Source of the DNA: Fibrobacterales bacterium
GTDB lineage: Bacteria; Fibrobacterota; Fibrobacteria; Fibrobacterales; JAOPTW01
Length of the DNA: 64,000 nucleotides
Direction of reading: 5' to 3'
Assembly (NCBI GenBank): GCA_051532035.1
Contig: JAOPTW010000008.1
Span: 149,175-213,174, forward strand
The translations under genes were made by a program, and so were the position numbers. The notes below the pieces were generated by a model that saw only the letters and a program-made list of their open reading frames with translations, was not told the DNA's origin and searched no databases. Shown piece by piece: positions 29,154-38,609 of this stretch. The first letter of the stretch is position 1. Each line of letters begins with the position of its first letter.

Positions 29154-30364
29154 TAGAAGAGGTTTTTTATTAATTCATATCCCCCGACATAGGTACCGAT
29201 TGCAGAACCCAATGTCGTGAATATCATCACCAAAACAATACGAAGAATACGATTTTTCCACCATTGCTTATAGTGTCCCACATCCTCACTCAACTGTTCA
29301 AACTCAAACACTCTTGGTGGCTTAAGAAACACTTGTACAAATGCAGTTACATATCCCACACCCATTGCCGGATTAATACTCGTGATCGGCGCAGCAACAA
29401 ATGCAACGATAGTGGTTACGGGATGCGCAAAGGCAATGAGAGAGCCAATAGCAGCAGGAATACCATTAATGAGTACCCAAAAAAGTAGATTCTCACCAGC
29501 CACTTCCACGCCTTTAGTCATGCCAATATAGACAAGAGAACCAATAATTATTGCACCAATAAAGCTACCAATCAATATTCCCCATGGAATAGATCTCGGT
29601 ATGGTATCAAGATCATCAAGATCTACCGGAGTGTCATTTTCTAATATTTTAATAATACCAGGTACATGCCCCGCCCCAAGAATAGCAACTTTTTTATTAC
29701 CACTTGCCTGTCGAATTTTTTCTGCAAGATATTGATCGCGCTCATCAATGAGGGTCTCTTTAACGGTAGGGAGGGCATCGCCCATCTCCTTCATCATCTC
29801 GGACATGGCATCACTTTGACGAAGCTCTCTGAGTTTATCTTCAGATATTTCTGCTTTTTCAAACAGTGAACCAAATATTGATGCAAGGAGCATACCCTTT
29901 TTATAGAGTGGTGTTTTCGTCCAGGCACGTTTCATGGTTATTTTAATATCTCTATCGCACAATGCAACATCAATGTCTTTTTCTTTAGCGGTTTTAATTG
30001 ATGCTAAAAACTCCGAACCTGGCTGTACCCCAAGCTTTGATCCCAGCTTTTTTTGATAAGACGACATAATCAAACTCACCACAAACTGGGCAAGCTGTTT
30101 CTTTTTTATAATCTCACGAAGATCAAGAGATTGCCAGTTTTTCTCCGTCGTAATGGACTCATACCTTTTTTCATCAAGTTCAATACAGACAGTGTCAGGA
30201 TGTTCTTCAACAATCACCTGTTGGGCTAAGTCAGCTGATTCTTGAGATACATGGGCAGTACCTACGAGGATATATTCTTTCGAACCTTTGGTGACGCGAT
30301 AGATATCTGCATGTCCAGCAAGATCAACAACAGGGTTATTTTCAATATTTTCAGAGTGGTCCAC
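29153..30364 (-). CDS. TraB/PrgY/GumN-family protein with C-terminal TM helices
   Basis: LVGTAHVS, VCIELD, PGSEF, LCDRDIKIT, LIDERD, AILGAGHVPGI. Start probably GTG 30364 (ORF track extends to 30442). Confidence 0.88.
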   Translation of the reverse strand: MDHSENIENNPVVDLAGHADIYRVTKGSKEYILVGTAHVSQESADLAQQVIVEEHPDTVCIELDEKRYESITTEKNWQSLDLREIIKKKQLAQFVVSLIMSSYQKKLGSKLGVQPGSEFLASIKTAKEKDIDVALCDRDIKITMKRAWTKTPLYKKGMLLASIFGSLFEKAEISEDKLRELRQSDAMSEMMKEMGDALPTVKETLIDERDQYLAEKIRQASGNKKVAILGAGHVPGIIKILENDTPVDLDDLDTIPRSIPWGILIGSFIGAIIIGSLVYIGMTKGVEVAGENLLFWVLINGIPAAIGSLIAFAHPVTTIVAFVAAPITSINPAMGVGYVTAFVQVFLKPPRVFEFEQLSEDVGHYKQWWKNRILRIVLVMIFTTLGSAIGTYVGGYELIKNLF

Positions 30365-30475
30365 GAGGCTCAACCAGTTACAAATTTTGCCATAATGTAA
30401 TAAATTTGCCTCTTGAAACCCCAGAATTTGGAAAAATCTCATCTCCTTTGTTCATATACTCAAAAATGCACTCTA

Positions 30476-30934
30476 TCACCACTTATTTCGTTTCTCTATT
30501 TCTGATTGTAATATCCCAGTATAACAAAGCGAAACAGGCCCACTTGCATCAATCCAAAGATAGGCATATTGACCGAATGAATAGGCAATCTCTTCTGCCT
30601 GTTCTTTAGATATCTCAGGCACAAATAGGTTAGATTCAATCGGCCAATCACCCGAAAGAGGCCGTCCTTCTGCATACCACATCTCATACCCCATTAAAGT
30701 GAGTTTCTTTTTGAGCTGTTCGTACCTACTTTGATTCTCCTCATCAGACAATCTTTCTGAACTGGGATTATCAGCAGCGATAAACAACGCTTCACTCCAT
30801 CCCATATCCCCCATAAGCACCTGTAACTTTACCGGGACGTGGTCGACCCTCATATGATACTCTTGCCCACCCATGCAAACCACATAATCTGTATGTATGT
30901 AATATTCATGAAGAGGGTTATCATTCTGTTTCAA
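30476..30934 (-). CDS. DUF3293-family protein
   Basis: Y..T.Y...FIAADNPSSERLSDEENQSR...W.IE...FGQYAYLW pattern. Confidence 0.75.
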   Translation of the reverse strand: MKQNDNPLHEYYIHTDYVVCMGGQEYHMRVDHVPVKLQVLMGDMGWSEALFIAADNPSSERLSDEENQSRYEQLKKKLTLMGYEMWYAEGRPLSGDWPIESNLFVPEISKEQAEEIAYSFGQYAYLWIDASGPVSLCYTGILQSEIEKRNKW

Positions 30935-31086
30935 TTGGCTACTCTCTTGTTAATCTTGGTAAAAAAATGGAGATTTTTGGTTATGACAACGTTAGAATCA
31001 TTATATTTTAATGCCATGGGACGGTGTGTTTTTTTCCACCTTAGCCCTATATTTAAGTATACCACACTAAACAATAAAGGTTGACC

Positions 31087-31788
31087 ATGAAACTGCTCAT
31101 AATGCTTCTTGTTACCTCTCTTTTTCTTTTAAGTTGTAGCAGTGCAAAACGCAAAGATGACTACAAAACTGATGAGCTCCTCATAACCTTCAACCTCCAC
31201 ATCCAACAAGGGGAGTATGAAAATGCGGCCCAGATGCTAACCCCACCTGAACGATCAAAACTCATGATTGAAGGCGTCCTGTCACAACAAAGTATCCGCG
31301 GCATGAAAAACCTGAAAATTTCTCAATTACGTAAATATGAATATTTTCTTGATGAGCAAAATAAACTGATAGGTCTCGCAGACGTCATCAATGGGACAGC
31401 CCAAAAAACCAAAATTTCTCAAGAGCAGCGAAAAGTCAAGCTCCACAAGAGGGCAAATGCCTCAGTTCAGACAGACTCCCTCTCTCACGATTCAAAACGT
31501 CCACAAAAGGTTATTGAATATAACCCTTATGAAGACCCAAATATGAATCAAATAACACCCAAGAATGACGTTGAAAATAAAGTGGAAATTGATGGCTTTC
31601 TCGCCCCTGACCAAACAACAGTCCCCGTACAAGATACGGTCATCGAACCCGCTGAAGAACCTACCCTTCCTTCAACCTCTCAACCGACCCAAGCTCAACC
31701 AGAAGCGCCCCCTGCCCAATCTTCGACTAAAGCGGTAGCCCCGTCTCCTGAAAAGAAAGACTCGACAGCAGTTACCAAAGAAAAATAA
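31087..31788 (+). CDS. Hypothetical lipoprotein with Pro/Gln/Thr-rich tail
   Basis: MKLLIMLLVTSLFLLSC lipobox; low-complexity C-terminus. Confidence 0.7.
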   Translation: MKLLIMLLVTSLFLLSCSSAKRKDDYKTDELLITFNLHIQQGEYENAAQMLTPPERSKLMIEGVLSQQSIRGMKNLKISQLRKYEYFLDEQNKLIGLADVINGTAQKTKISQEQRKVKLHKRANASVQTDSLSHDSKRPQKVIEYNPYEDPNMNQITPKNDVENKVEIDGFLAPDQTTVPVQDTVIEPAEEPTLPSTSQPTQAQPEAPPAQSSTKAVAPSPEKKDSTAVTKEK

Positions 31789-31817
31789 CTGTATTTTTAG
31801 CTACACTGCCTCCCAAG

Positions 31818-31889
31818 ATACTATCTCAGATATAAAAAGAGCGAGCCACCCATAAGGGTGGCTCGCTCTTTTTATATCTGAGATAGTAT
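31818..31889. terminator. Perfect 34-bp inverted repeat, bidirectional terminator between convergent genes
   Basis: ATACTATCTCAGATATAAAAAGAGCGAGCCACCC-ATAA-GGGTGGCTCGCTCTTTTTATATCTGAGATAGTAT. Confidence 0.85.
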
Positions 31890-31899
31890 AGAATTAAGC

Positions 31900-32835
31900 C
31901 TACACAATACCTTTTATTAAGTCGAGCATTACACCTTTTTGTGCATGAAGCCGATTCTCTGCCTCGTCAAAACAGATTGAATAATCACTCTCCATCACTG
32001 CATCAGTAATCTCTTCTCCTCGGTGCGCCGGAAGGCAATGCGTTACCAAACAACCATCACCAGCCTGAGCTACTAATTCTGCAGTAATAGCATACGGTTC
32101 AAACACTTGAGCCTTCTCATCTTTTTCAGACTCTTGCCCCATACTCACCCATACATCAGAGTACAATACATCAGCACCTTTAACAGCCTCTTCTGGGTCA
32201 TATATACATGCATAAGAGCCACCACTCTCTGCGAATAACGCTTGCATCTCCTCAACGAGTCCTGCAGGTTGCTCATACCCTTTAGGGCACGAAAGCACAA
32301 AATGCATACCCATTTTGGCTGCGAGTATCATCAGTGAATTTGCAACATTGTTGCCATCCCCAATGAAAACCACTTTTTTTCCAAGAAGAGTCCCTTTGTG
32401 CTCGATAACACTTTGACCGAACGCAAGTGCTTGGCAGGGATGATAGTCGTCAGTGAGCGCGTTAATAACGGGCACAGAGCTCCATTCAGCCAATTCTTCT
32501 ACCAGTGCTTGATCAAAACACCGAACAACCAATGCATCAACCCAACGAGAAAGACAACGGGCAATATCTTTAATTGGTTCCCGTTTACCCATTCCAATTG
32601 AACTTGGGTCAAGGATAACACTGCTTCCACCTAACTGGGTAATCCCCACTTGAAAGGTTATAATAGTGCGTAAGCTTGGCTTCTCAAAATAGAGCGCAAT
32701 AGTTTTACCCTTCAGCGCATCCGAAGCTCCCTGCATTTTAAATTCAGATTTTGTATCTCGTGCAGTGTTCAAAACCTGCTCAATATCAGCAACCGACCAG
32801 TCCTTAAGAGTCAGTAAATTTTCTTGATTTTTCAT
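31900..32835 (-). CDS. argF: Ornithine carbamoyltransferase
   Basis: FEKPSLRT, HPCQ, GDGNNVA, DVWVSMGQE, HCLPAHRG, AENRLH; start ATG 32835. Confidence 0.93.
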   Translation of the reverse strand: MKNQENLLTLKDWSVADIEQVLNTARDTKSEFKMQGASDALKGKTIALYFEKPSLRTIITFQVGITQLGGSSVILDPSSIGMGKREPIKDIARCLSRWVDALVVRCFDQALVEELAEWSSVPVINALTDDYHPCQALAFGQSVIEHKGTLLGKKVVFIGDGNNVANSLMILAAKMGMHFVLSCPKGYEQPAGLVEEMQALFAESGGSYACIYDPEEAVKGADVLYSDVWVSMGQESEKDEKAQVFEPYAITAELVAQAGDGCLVTHCLPAHRGEEITDAVMESDYSICFDEAENRLHAQKGVMLDLIKGIV

Positions 32836-32977
32836 ACCATACCTCGCTATGTGGCAAAGAGGAAAATTTAGTATTTTACCCCCCAAATCACACACATTCT
32901 AGTGTATTATTAATACATTTTGCCTAAAACTTAACTTTGTAAGCTCCCTAAAGCATACTATAATTTCCTCTATTACT

Positions 32978-33826
32978 ATGAGACTGACTAAAAAAGCATA
33001 CGCAAAAATCAATCTTTTCCTTGATGTTCTCAGCAAAAGAGATGATGGCTACCACAATATCGGCACTCTCTTTCAACGCATTGGCATCCATGACTTACTC
33101 CATGGCGAACTCGCTGATGATTCAATTATTGAATTGGAATCATCCCATCCAGTAACAGCGAATCCCCAAGATAATCTTATCTATAAAGCAGCCTGTGCCC
33201 TTAAAGAATATACAGGAACCAATAAAGGCGTACGCTTTCTACTCGAAAAAAAACTACCCTCTGGTGCTGGACTGGGAGGTGGTTCCGCAGATGGAGCTGC
33301 CGCACTTGTTCTATTAAACGACCTCTGGGGCTTACAACTCTCATTACCTGAACTCGAACAAATAGCGGCCCCGCTTGGTGCTGACATCCCTTTTATGATA
33401 CAAGGTAAGAGTAGTTTTGGTGAAGGTATCGGTGACAAACTGTATCCTACCCACTCTCCCTGTGACCTTTCCGTACTTATCATTACACCCGATCTCTTTA
33501 TTAGCACCCCTGACGCCTATAGTGCCCTTACCCCTTCAGGGAATAAACGCTATATCGATTTCAAGGCACAGTATATGAAATTTCATGGGAACATTCTCAT
33601 TGACCCCACATACATATACAATAAATTTGAAGAAACCATTATCCCCAAATACCCCGTCATACAAGAGATCAAGGAGAGCATGAGAGATTTTGGTGCGGTA
33701 TCATCACTCCTTTCTGGGAGTGGGTCTAGTGTTTTTGGGTTATTTGAAGAAAAAAAGAGTGCTGAACGCTGTCTAAAGCTGTTAAAGACTCCAAAAAAAT
33801 ACGGCGCTGTAACTAATTTCAATTAA
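32978..33826 (+). CDS. ispE: 4-diphosphocytidyl-2-C-methyl-D-erythritol kinase
   Basis: AYAKINLFL...DGYH, KKLPSGAGLGGGSAD, LGADIPF, LSGSGSSVFG. Confidence 0.95.
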   Translation: MRLTKKAYAKINLFLDVLSKRDDGYHNIGTLFQRIGIHDLLHGELADDSIIELESSHPVTANPQDNLIYKAACALKEYTGTNKGVRFLLEKKLPSGAGLGGGSADGAAALVLLNDLWGLQLSLPELEQIAAPLGADIPFMIQGKSSFGEGIGDKLYPTHSPCDLSVLIITPDLFISTPDAYSALTPSGNKRYIDFKAQYMKFHGNILIDPTYIYNKFEETIIPKYPVIQEIKESMRDFGAVSSLLSGSGSSVFGLFEEKKSAERCLKLLKTPKKYGAVTNFN

Positions 33827-33894
33827 ATCGAATTAAATACACAAAACAGCCTAGACAACTTTTGTACATTTTATAGATTTAGCACCACCAAAAT

Positions 33895-33967
33895 TGGGGT
33901 ATAGTCAAGTTGGTAAGACACCAGATTTTGATTCTGGTATGCGCTGGTTCGAGTCCAGCTACCCCAA
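33895..33967 (+). tRNA. tRNA-Gln (TTG)
   Basis: TGGGGTA/TACCCCA acceptor stem, CCAGA-TTTTGAT-TCTGG anticodon arm, GGTTCGAGTCC T-arm; no encoded CCA; usual position after ispE. Confidence 0.95.
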
Positions 33968-34006
33968 TTTTTTTAACTTCCCATTCGCGGGAGACGTGGA
34001 GCTTAT

Positions 34007-34615
34007 ATGAATACTGTAGAATTAAACGCAGAGAAAAGAGAACAAGGCGCAAAAAGCATAAATAAAGCTATGCGCAAAGAGGGAAATATCCCTGCTGTCG
34101 TTTATGGTAACAAAGAAGAGTCTTTCTCTGTCGTAGTTGCAGAAAAAGAATTTAGAAAAGTTTATTTCAAAGGCCAAAGAAACAAGCTTGTTGAGCTTAA
34201 AGTTGGCGGCGATTCAAAGACTGTTATAGTGTATGCTGTTCAACGTGACACATTCCAACAAACTGTTACTCATATTGATTTTAAAATTATTAATGAAAAT
34301 GAGCCAGTAAACGTTCAAGTTTCTCTTAAACTAGAAGGCGTTCCTTACGGTGTTAAAACTGAAGGTGGCAAACTTTTCCAACCTACAAAAGTTGTAACAA
34401 TTGCTTGTGACCCAAAACAAGAGATGCCTGAATCTGTTACTATCAATATAGACGAGTATAAAGCTGGCCACACATACTATGTACGTGACATTGATTTTGG
34501 TAACGCTACTCTTGCTTCTTCTGACAAAGCAGTTCTTTTTTCAATCTCTACTAAAGGTGGAAAGAAAGAGGGTGAAGAAGAGACAACTGAAGCTGCTGAG
34601 GCAACTGCAGGATAA
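34007..34615 (+). CDS. rplY: 50S ribosomal protein L25 / Ctc
   Basis: RKEGNIPAVVYG, VTHIDF, GVPYGVKTEGG; acidic tail. Confidence 0.95.
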   Translation: MNTVELNAEKREQGAKSINKAMRKEGNIPAVVYGNKEESFSVVVAEKEFRKVYFKGQRNKLVELKVGGDSKTVIVYAVQRDTFQQTVTHIDFKIINENEPVNVQVSLKLEGVPYGVKTEGGKLFQPTKVVTIACDPKQEMPESVTINIDEYKAGHTYYVRDIDFGNATLASSDKAVLFSISTKGGKKEGEEETTEAAEATAG

Positions 34616-34637
34616 TTTTTGCACAATAGATTTTATG

Positions 34638-34668
34638 AAAAGCCCTTATGTATATAAGGGCTTTTTTT
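34638..34668 (+). terminator. Intrinsic terminator after rplY
   Basis: AAAAGCCCTTAT-GTAT-ATAAGGGCTTTTTTT. Confidence 0.8.
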
Positions 34669-34696
34669 ATTTTTACCTAAAAAAGAGTCTCATTCT

Positions 34697-35248
34697 ATGA
34701 AAATTGTCGCTGGCCTCGGTAACCCTGGATCAAAGTATGCAAACACTCGGCATAACATCGGTTTTGCTGCTATTGACTCTATCGTAGGCCCCGGTGCACA
34801 ATTTAAACTTCAAAATAACGCCCTTATCTACAAACAAAAATTTGCCGGTGAAGATGTCCTCTTTGTCAAGCCACAAACCTATATGAATGTCAGTGGCGAA
34901 GCTATTCAACCACTCATGCGCTTTTACAAGCTTCAATCTCAAGATCTCATTGTCTTTGTTGATGATCTCAATTTAGATGCTGGTCGTATCAGAATACGAG
35001 CAAAAGGCTCTCATGGTGGGCAAAACGGCCTCCGAAATATTATTCAACATCTCGGTGACCAATTTACCCGTGTCCGCCTTGGCGTAGGTATCCCACGTCA
35101 AGGTGAAGATATCTCTCGATTTGTTCTCAGTAAGCCCCGTGGCTCAGATGCAGAAGCCTGTGAATCTGCCATCTATAAATGCGACACACTACTCGAGACT
35201 CTTATTACTCAAGGTATCGAAAAAGCTATGGGCAGTTTTAACTCCTAG
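34697..35248 (+). CDS. pth: Peptidyl-tRNA hydrolase
   Basis: AGLGNPGSKYANTRHNIGF, KPQTYMNVSG, GSHGGQNGL, RVRLGVG. Confidence 0.95.
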   Translation: MKIVAGLGNPGSKYANTRHNIGFAAIDSIVGPGAQFKLQNNALIYKQKFAGEDVLFVKPQTYMNVSGEAIQPLMRFYKLQSQDLIVFVDDLNLDAGRIRIRAKGSHGGQNGLRNIIQHLGDQFTRVRLGVGIPRQGEDISRFVLSKPRGSDAEACESAIYKCDTLLETLITQGIEKAMGSFNS

Positions 35249-35391
35249 CCTACCCAATAATTGATAGTAATTACCCTCCTTATCACCCTATCAGAAGCCT
35301 GTTATTTTTTCACATATTTGCTCTTTTTCTTCGCAGAACAACTCCGTTGTGTTAATTTTTACTTTACATGAAATAATCAAAGGCCTAATAG

Positions 35392-36819
35392 ATGAAATTA
35401 AGACAAACCCTAATAGCTCTCACCATTATATCTGCGACGTCACTTGTAGCGCAAGAAATGGAGCAACCTGCTGCTGTACAACCCGCCCAAGAGCCAGCTC
35501 AAGCAGAGCCAGCAATAGTATTTGAGCCAACACCAGAACCTGTCGTTGAGCCAATGGTTCAAACCAGCGCATCAGTGCTTCCTTCTGCAAAAACAGAAGA
35601 TGCAGCACCAAAGGACGAAGATGCAGCAGACCTAAAGCTTCCTGAGTTTTATGGGTACGCCTATGAGGCTGGAATGGCAGGAAATGTCATGGCCGGCGAT
35701 GGGCCATCAACCTTCTTAATGCTCCCCCACCGTATTGCAGGAAAAGAGTTTATTTTAATTTCAAATAACGACTCTGCAGATTTCCAAGGCATGCTCTCAA
35801 TAGATGCATTTGGCGGGACTATATTTGCATACGGCACACAAAAAACACCTGATGCGACGAAAAACACTCTCGGCGGCAACTTCCACGTAGGATACGCAAC
35901 ATCTAAGTTTGGCGCAGGACTTTATACTTCTCTCAACAGAGCTTACACAAAAGACACCGATAAAAAAAGTACAACAACTGTCCCACCAGCTGTTACAGAT
36001 GATACTAGTCGTGAAACAACTACTCCATCAAATCAACTGTATGGACTTTTTGGATCATTTGATATGGGAATGCTCGAACTCTATGGTGGGCTCGAGTATT
36101 TTCAAATTAATACCCAAGAAGATATCAATCAAATATCGACCACAACAACTACCACCAACAATGACATTACACGCATAGGAGCATATGTTGGTACTTTTAT
36201 TGGAAGTGGCGCACACGGTGTAGATATTAAAGCAACTGTTTTAATCAAAAATGATGAAACGAAAGTGCAAACAAAAATTACTGGTACTACTCCTTCAAAT
36301 ACCACAGTCACAACTAAAGGAGACAATCACTCTGTCTATGCACTCGATGCCAACTATGGGCTCCTTGCTAAGTCAGCAGGTGACATCAATGTCTATCTCG
36401 GTGCAGCCACTAACCTTACTATTAAGAGCGTTGTAGAAGCCGATAAAGCAGCGGGATCATCAGAAGGCAAAGTTGATTTCGAATTTGGCATTACTCCAAG
36501 TGTCAGTACTGAATATGCACTCTCACAAAACTTTTTAATGTTTGGTTCAATTGCCCATGTAATAAAACGCACCTCAGAATCAGAAGATACAATTGGTGAC
36601 TTTGACGCTACGGCAGCAGTAAATTACCAAGTTGATAAAACGCACGAAAAAACTGACCTCTCAAACCACGACACAACTGGCAAACTTGGTATCCGTTGGA
36701 ACTACCACCGTCTCTCTATTGAGTCTAACCTAGAAAGAAATGTGTTCAAAGATGGTGTATCTTCTGTATTTAAAGGAAGTGGCCTTCACACAGAGACTAC
36801 AGTCATTCTCACTTTCTAA
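35392..36819 (+). CDS. Uncharacterised outer-membrane beta-barrel, paralog 1 of 3
   Basis: Signal peptide, Pro/Glu/Ala-rich linker, amphipathic strands, terminal Phe; blocks shared with the next two genes. Confidence 0.75.
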   Translation: MKLRQTLIALTIISATSLVAQEMEQPAAVQPAQEPAQAEPAIVFEPTPEPVVEPMVQTSASVLPSAKTEDAAPKDEDAADLKLPEFYGYAYEAGMAGNVMAGDGPSTFLMLPHRIAGKEFILISNNDSADFQGMLSIDAFGGTIFAYGTQKTPDATKNTLGGNFHVGYATSKFGAGLYTSLNRAYTKDTDKKSTTTVPPAVTDDTSRETTTPSNQLYGLFGSFDMGMLELYGGLEYFQINTQEDINQISTTTTTTNNDITRIGAYVGTFIGSGAHGVDIKATVLIKNDETKVQTKITGTTPSNTTVTTKGDNHSVYALDANYGLLAKSAGDINVYLGAATNLTIKSVVEADKAAGSSEGKVDFEFGITPSVSTEYALSQNFLMFGSIAHVIKRTSESEDTIGDFDATAAVNYQVDKTHEKTDLSNHDTTGKLGIRWNYHRLSIESNLERNVFKDGVSSVFKGSGLHTETTVILTF

Positions 36820-36843
36820 GATTTCATAATTCAATCTTACGTT

Positions 36844-36879
36844 AAAAAGGCCTGTACTGCATTTCAGTACGGGCCTTTT
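36844..36879 (+). terminator. Intrinsic terminator
   Basis: AAAAAGGCCTGTACTG-CATTT-CAGTACGGGCCTTTT. Confidence 0.75.
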
Positions 36880-37055
36880 CTTTGTTTAAAAAGAGATACT
36901 TTTCCTCAAACACATCCAGATACAGTGTTAAAGCGCCATATTTAACTATGTTTGCCCCTTATTGAGGGCACATTTTCAACTTTTTTTTCAGAGAAATTCA
37001 CATTCTATGTGTTTTACGTGTGCCTTTATTTCACCCCTAAACAAAGGTATCATAC

Positions 37056-38462
37056 ATGTCGTTTTTACGAAAACTTCCAATACTCATAGCAACAGCATCA
37101 CTCTCTCTTTTTGCAGAAGATTTTACATTTTCACCCCCAGAAGAAAGCTCATCTTCAAGTGTCGTTGAATTAAGTAGTTCAATTGCAGTACCCTCAACAC
37201 CCTCTTCACAGTCTACCTCATACGACTCAGATCTCTTCCCTAGTGACTTCGCACAATCAAACACAAAAGAAGAATCATCTACATTCCCTAAGATATATGG
37301 CTGGGCATACCCAGAAGTGATGGGCGGCAATGTAGCTATAACTGCTTCAGTACCCGACTTTCTCCTACACCCCAGTTGGATTACCGGATCTGATTTTGTC
37401 TATATCAATCCCAATAGTAAAAAAGGTATGCTTGCAGTCAGCGCTCTCGGTGGCTCTGTTTTTGGATACGCTGATCAAGACAATACAGTAGATGGAACTG
37501 ATATTGGCACACTTACTATGGGATACGCTGGCCCTGATAATAGCTTTGGTGTCGCTCTCTACACCTCACAAAATAGTGAATATAATTACCAAAAATCATA
37601 TCAAAGAAATCAACTTTTTCCTGACTCAGTAGCAGTAACTACTACTGAAATAGATACTGCTACTGGTGAAATTTATGGCATTTTTGCCGATGTTTCCATT
37701 GCAAAAATCAACATTTATACTGACATTAACTACTTTAGATTGAGCTCACTCAATAGTTCGTTGTCATCACCAGATGAGGAGAGCACAATGTTAGTCTCTC
37801 TCTCAAAACTTGGACTTAATCTTGGCTTACTGTACCAAGGCGATGCTCATTATATTGACACGAAAGTCTCACTTGATCTCTATTCAGATGAAGGGGAAGC
37901 AAGCTACAATGACAAAAATAACAATTTTGATACCACCACCACCTTTACAGGACTCAACAACTTAAGCGTGCTTAATCTTAAGCTAAACTATGGCTATATT
38001 GCAAAATCAACAAGTGCAATGAACATTTATCTTGGTACTCAACTATCCTTTGAATATACTATGTGGGATGACATCGAACCTGATGAATTTTCTTCATTAA
38101 GCCGTATAGACAAAAGTTCACACACTATTGAATTCACCCCTAACGCCAGTCTTGAGTATATGCTCAGTAAATATCTTATCGTATTTGGTGGCATTCAGCA
38201 CACTATCGCTCGTAACGGCTCAAGTGATAGAGATGTTGTTGACACAGACCCAGGAGTCAATGTTAAGCTTGAAACCAGCAGAGAGACAGAGGCTTATACC
38301 CTTCAGTCCAACTCAACCAATACCTCATTTGGTCTCAGGGTATCCTACGACAACCTTTCAATAGAATCAATTTTGTCAAATACTGTATATGAAAATGGTA
38401 CGAGTGACCTCTTCAACGGTAAAGGCACATTAATCAATACTACTATTGGAGTCCTTTTCTAA
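37056..38462 (+). CDS. Uncharacterised outer-membrane beta-barrel, paralog 2 of 3
   Basis: Signal peptide SLSLFA/EDF, Ser-rich linker, FPKIYGWAYPEVMGGN, GLRVSYDNLSIES, terminal Phe. Confidence 0.75.
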   Translation: MSFLRKLPILIATASLSLFAEDFTFSPPEESSSSSVVELSSSIAVPSTPSSQSTSYDSDLFPSDFAQSNTKEESSTFPKIYGWAYPEVMGGNVAITASVPDFLLHPSWITGSDFVYINPNSKKGMLAVSALGGSVFGYADQDNTVDGTDIGTLTMGYAGPDNSFGVALYTSQNSEYNYQKSYQRNQLFPDSVAVTTTEIDTATGEIYGIFADVSIAKINIYTDINYFRLSSLNSSLSSPDEESTMLVSLSKLGLNLGLLYQGDAHYIDTKVSLDLYSDEGEASYNDKNNNFDTTTTFTGLNNLSVLNLKLNYGYIAKSTSAMNIYLGTQLSFEYTMWDDIEPDEFSSLSRIDKSSHTIEFTPNASLEYMLSKYLIVFGGIQHTIARNGSSDRDVVDTDPGVNVKLETSRETEAYTLQSNSTNTSFGLRVSYDNLSIESILSNTVYENGTSDLFNGKGTLINTTIGVLF

Positions 38463-38473
38463 TAGCAAACCCC

Positions 38474-38496
38474 AGGGAGGTCCCGCCTCCCTTTTT
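38474..38496 (+). terminator. Intrinsic terminator
   Basis: AGGGAGG-TCCCG-CCTCCCT-TTTT. Confidence 0.7.
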
Positions 38497-38609
38497 ATAA
38501 TGTATATCGACACTATTTTTTGTATTCACACCCTCAAACCGACTATACATCCACAAAATCATCAGTTTTATTACTTTTTCTTCAGATTTCACCCAATGAA
38601 GGACCTCAT

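Noticed and set aside
29153..30442. TraB as evidence of a conjugative element
   Set aside because: It is the chromosomal TraB/PrgY/GumN family; no relaxase or T4SS genes are present.
31900..32835. SLRT instead of STRT suggesting an N-acetyl/succinyl-ornithine carbamoyltransferase
   Set aside because: DxxxSMG and HCLPAHRG are the canonical ornithine-binding motifs, so ordinary ArgF is the better call.
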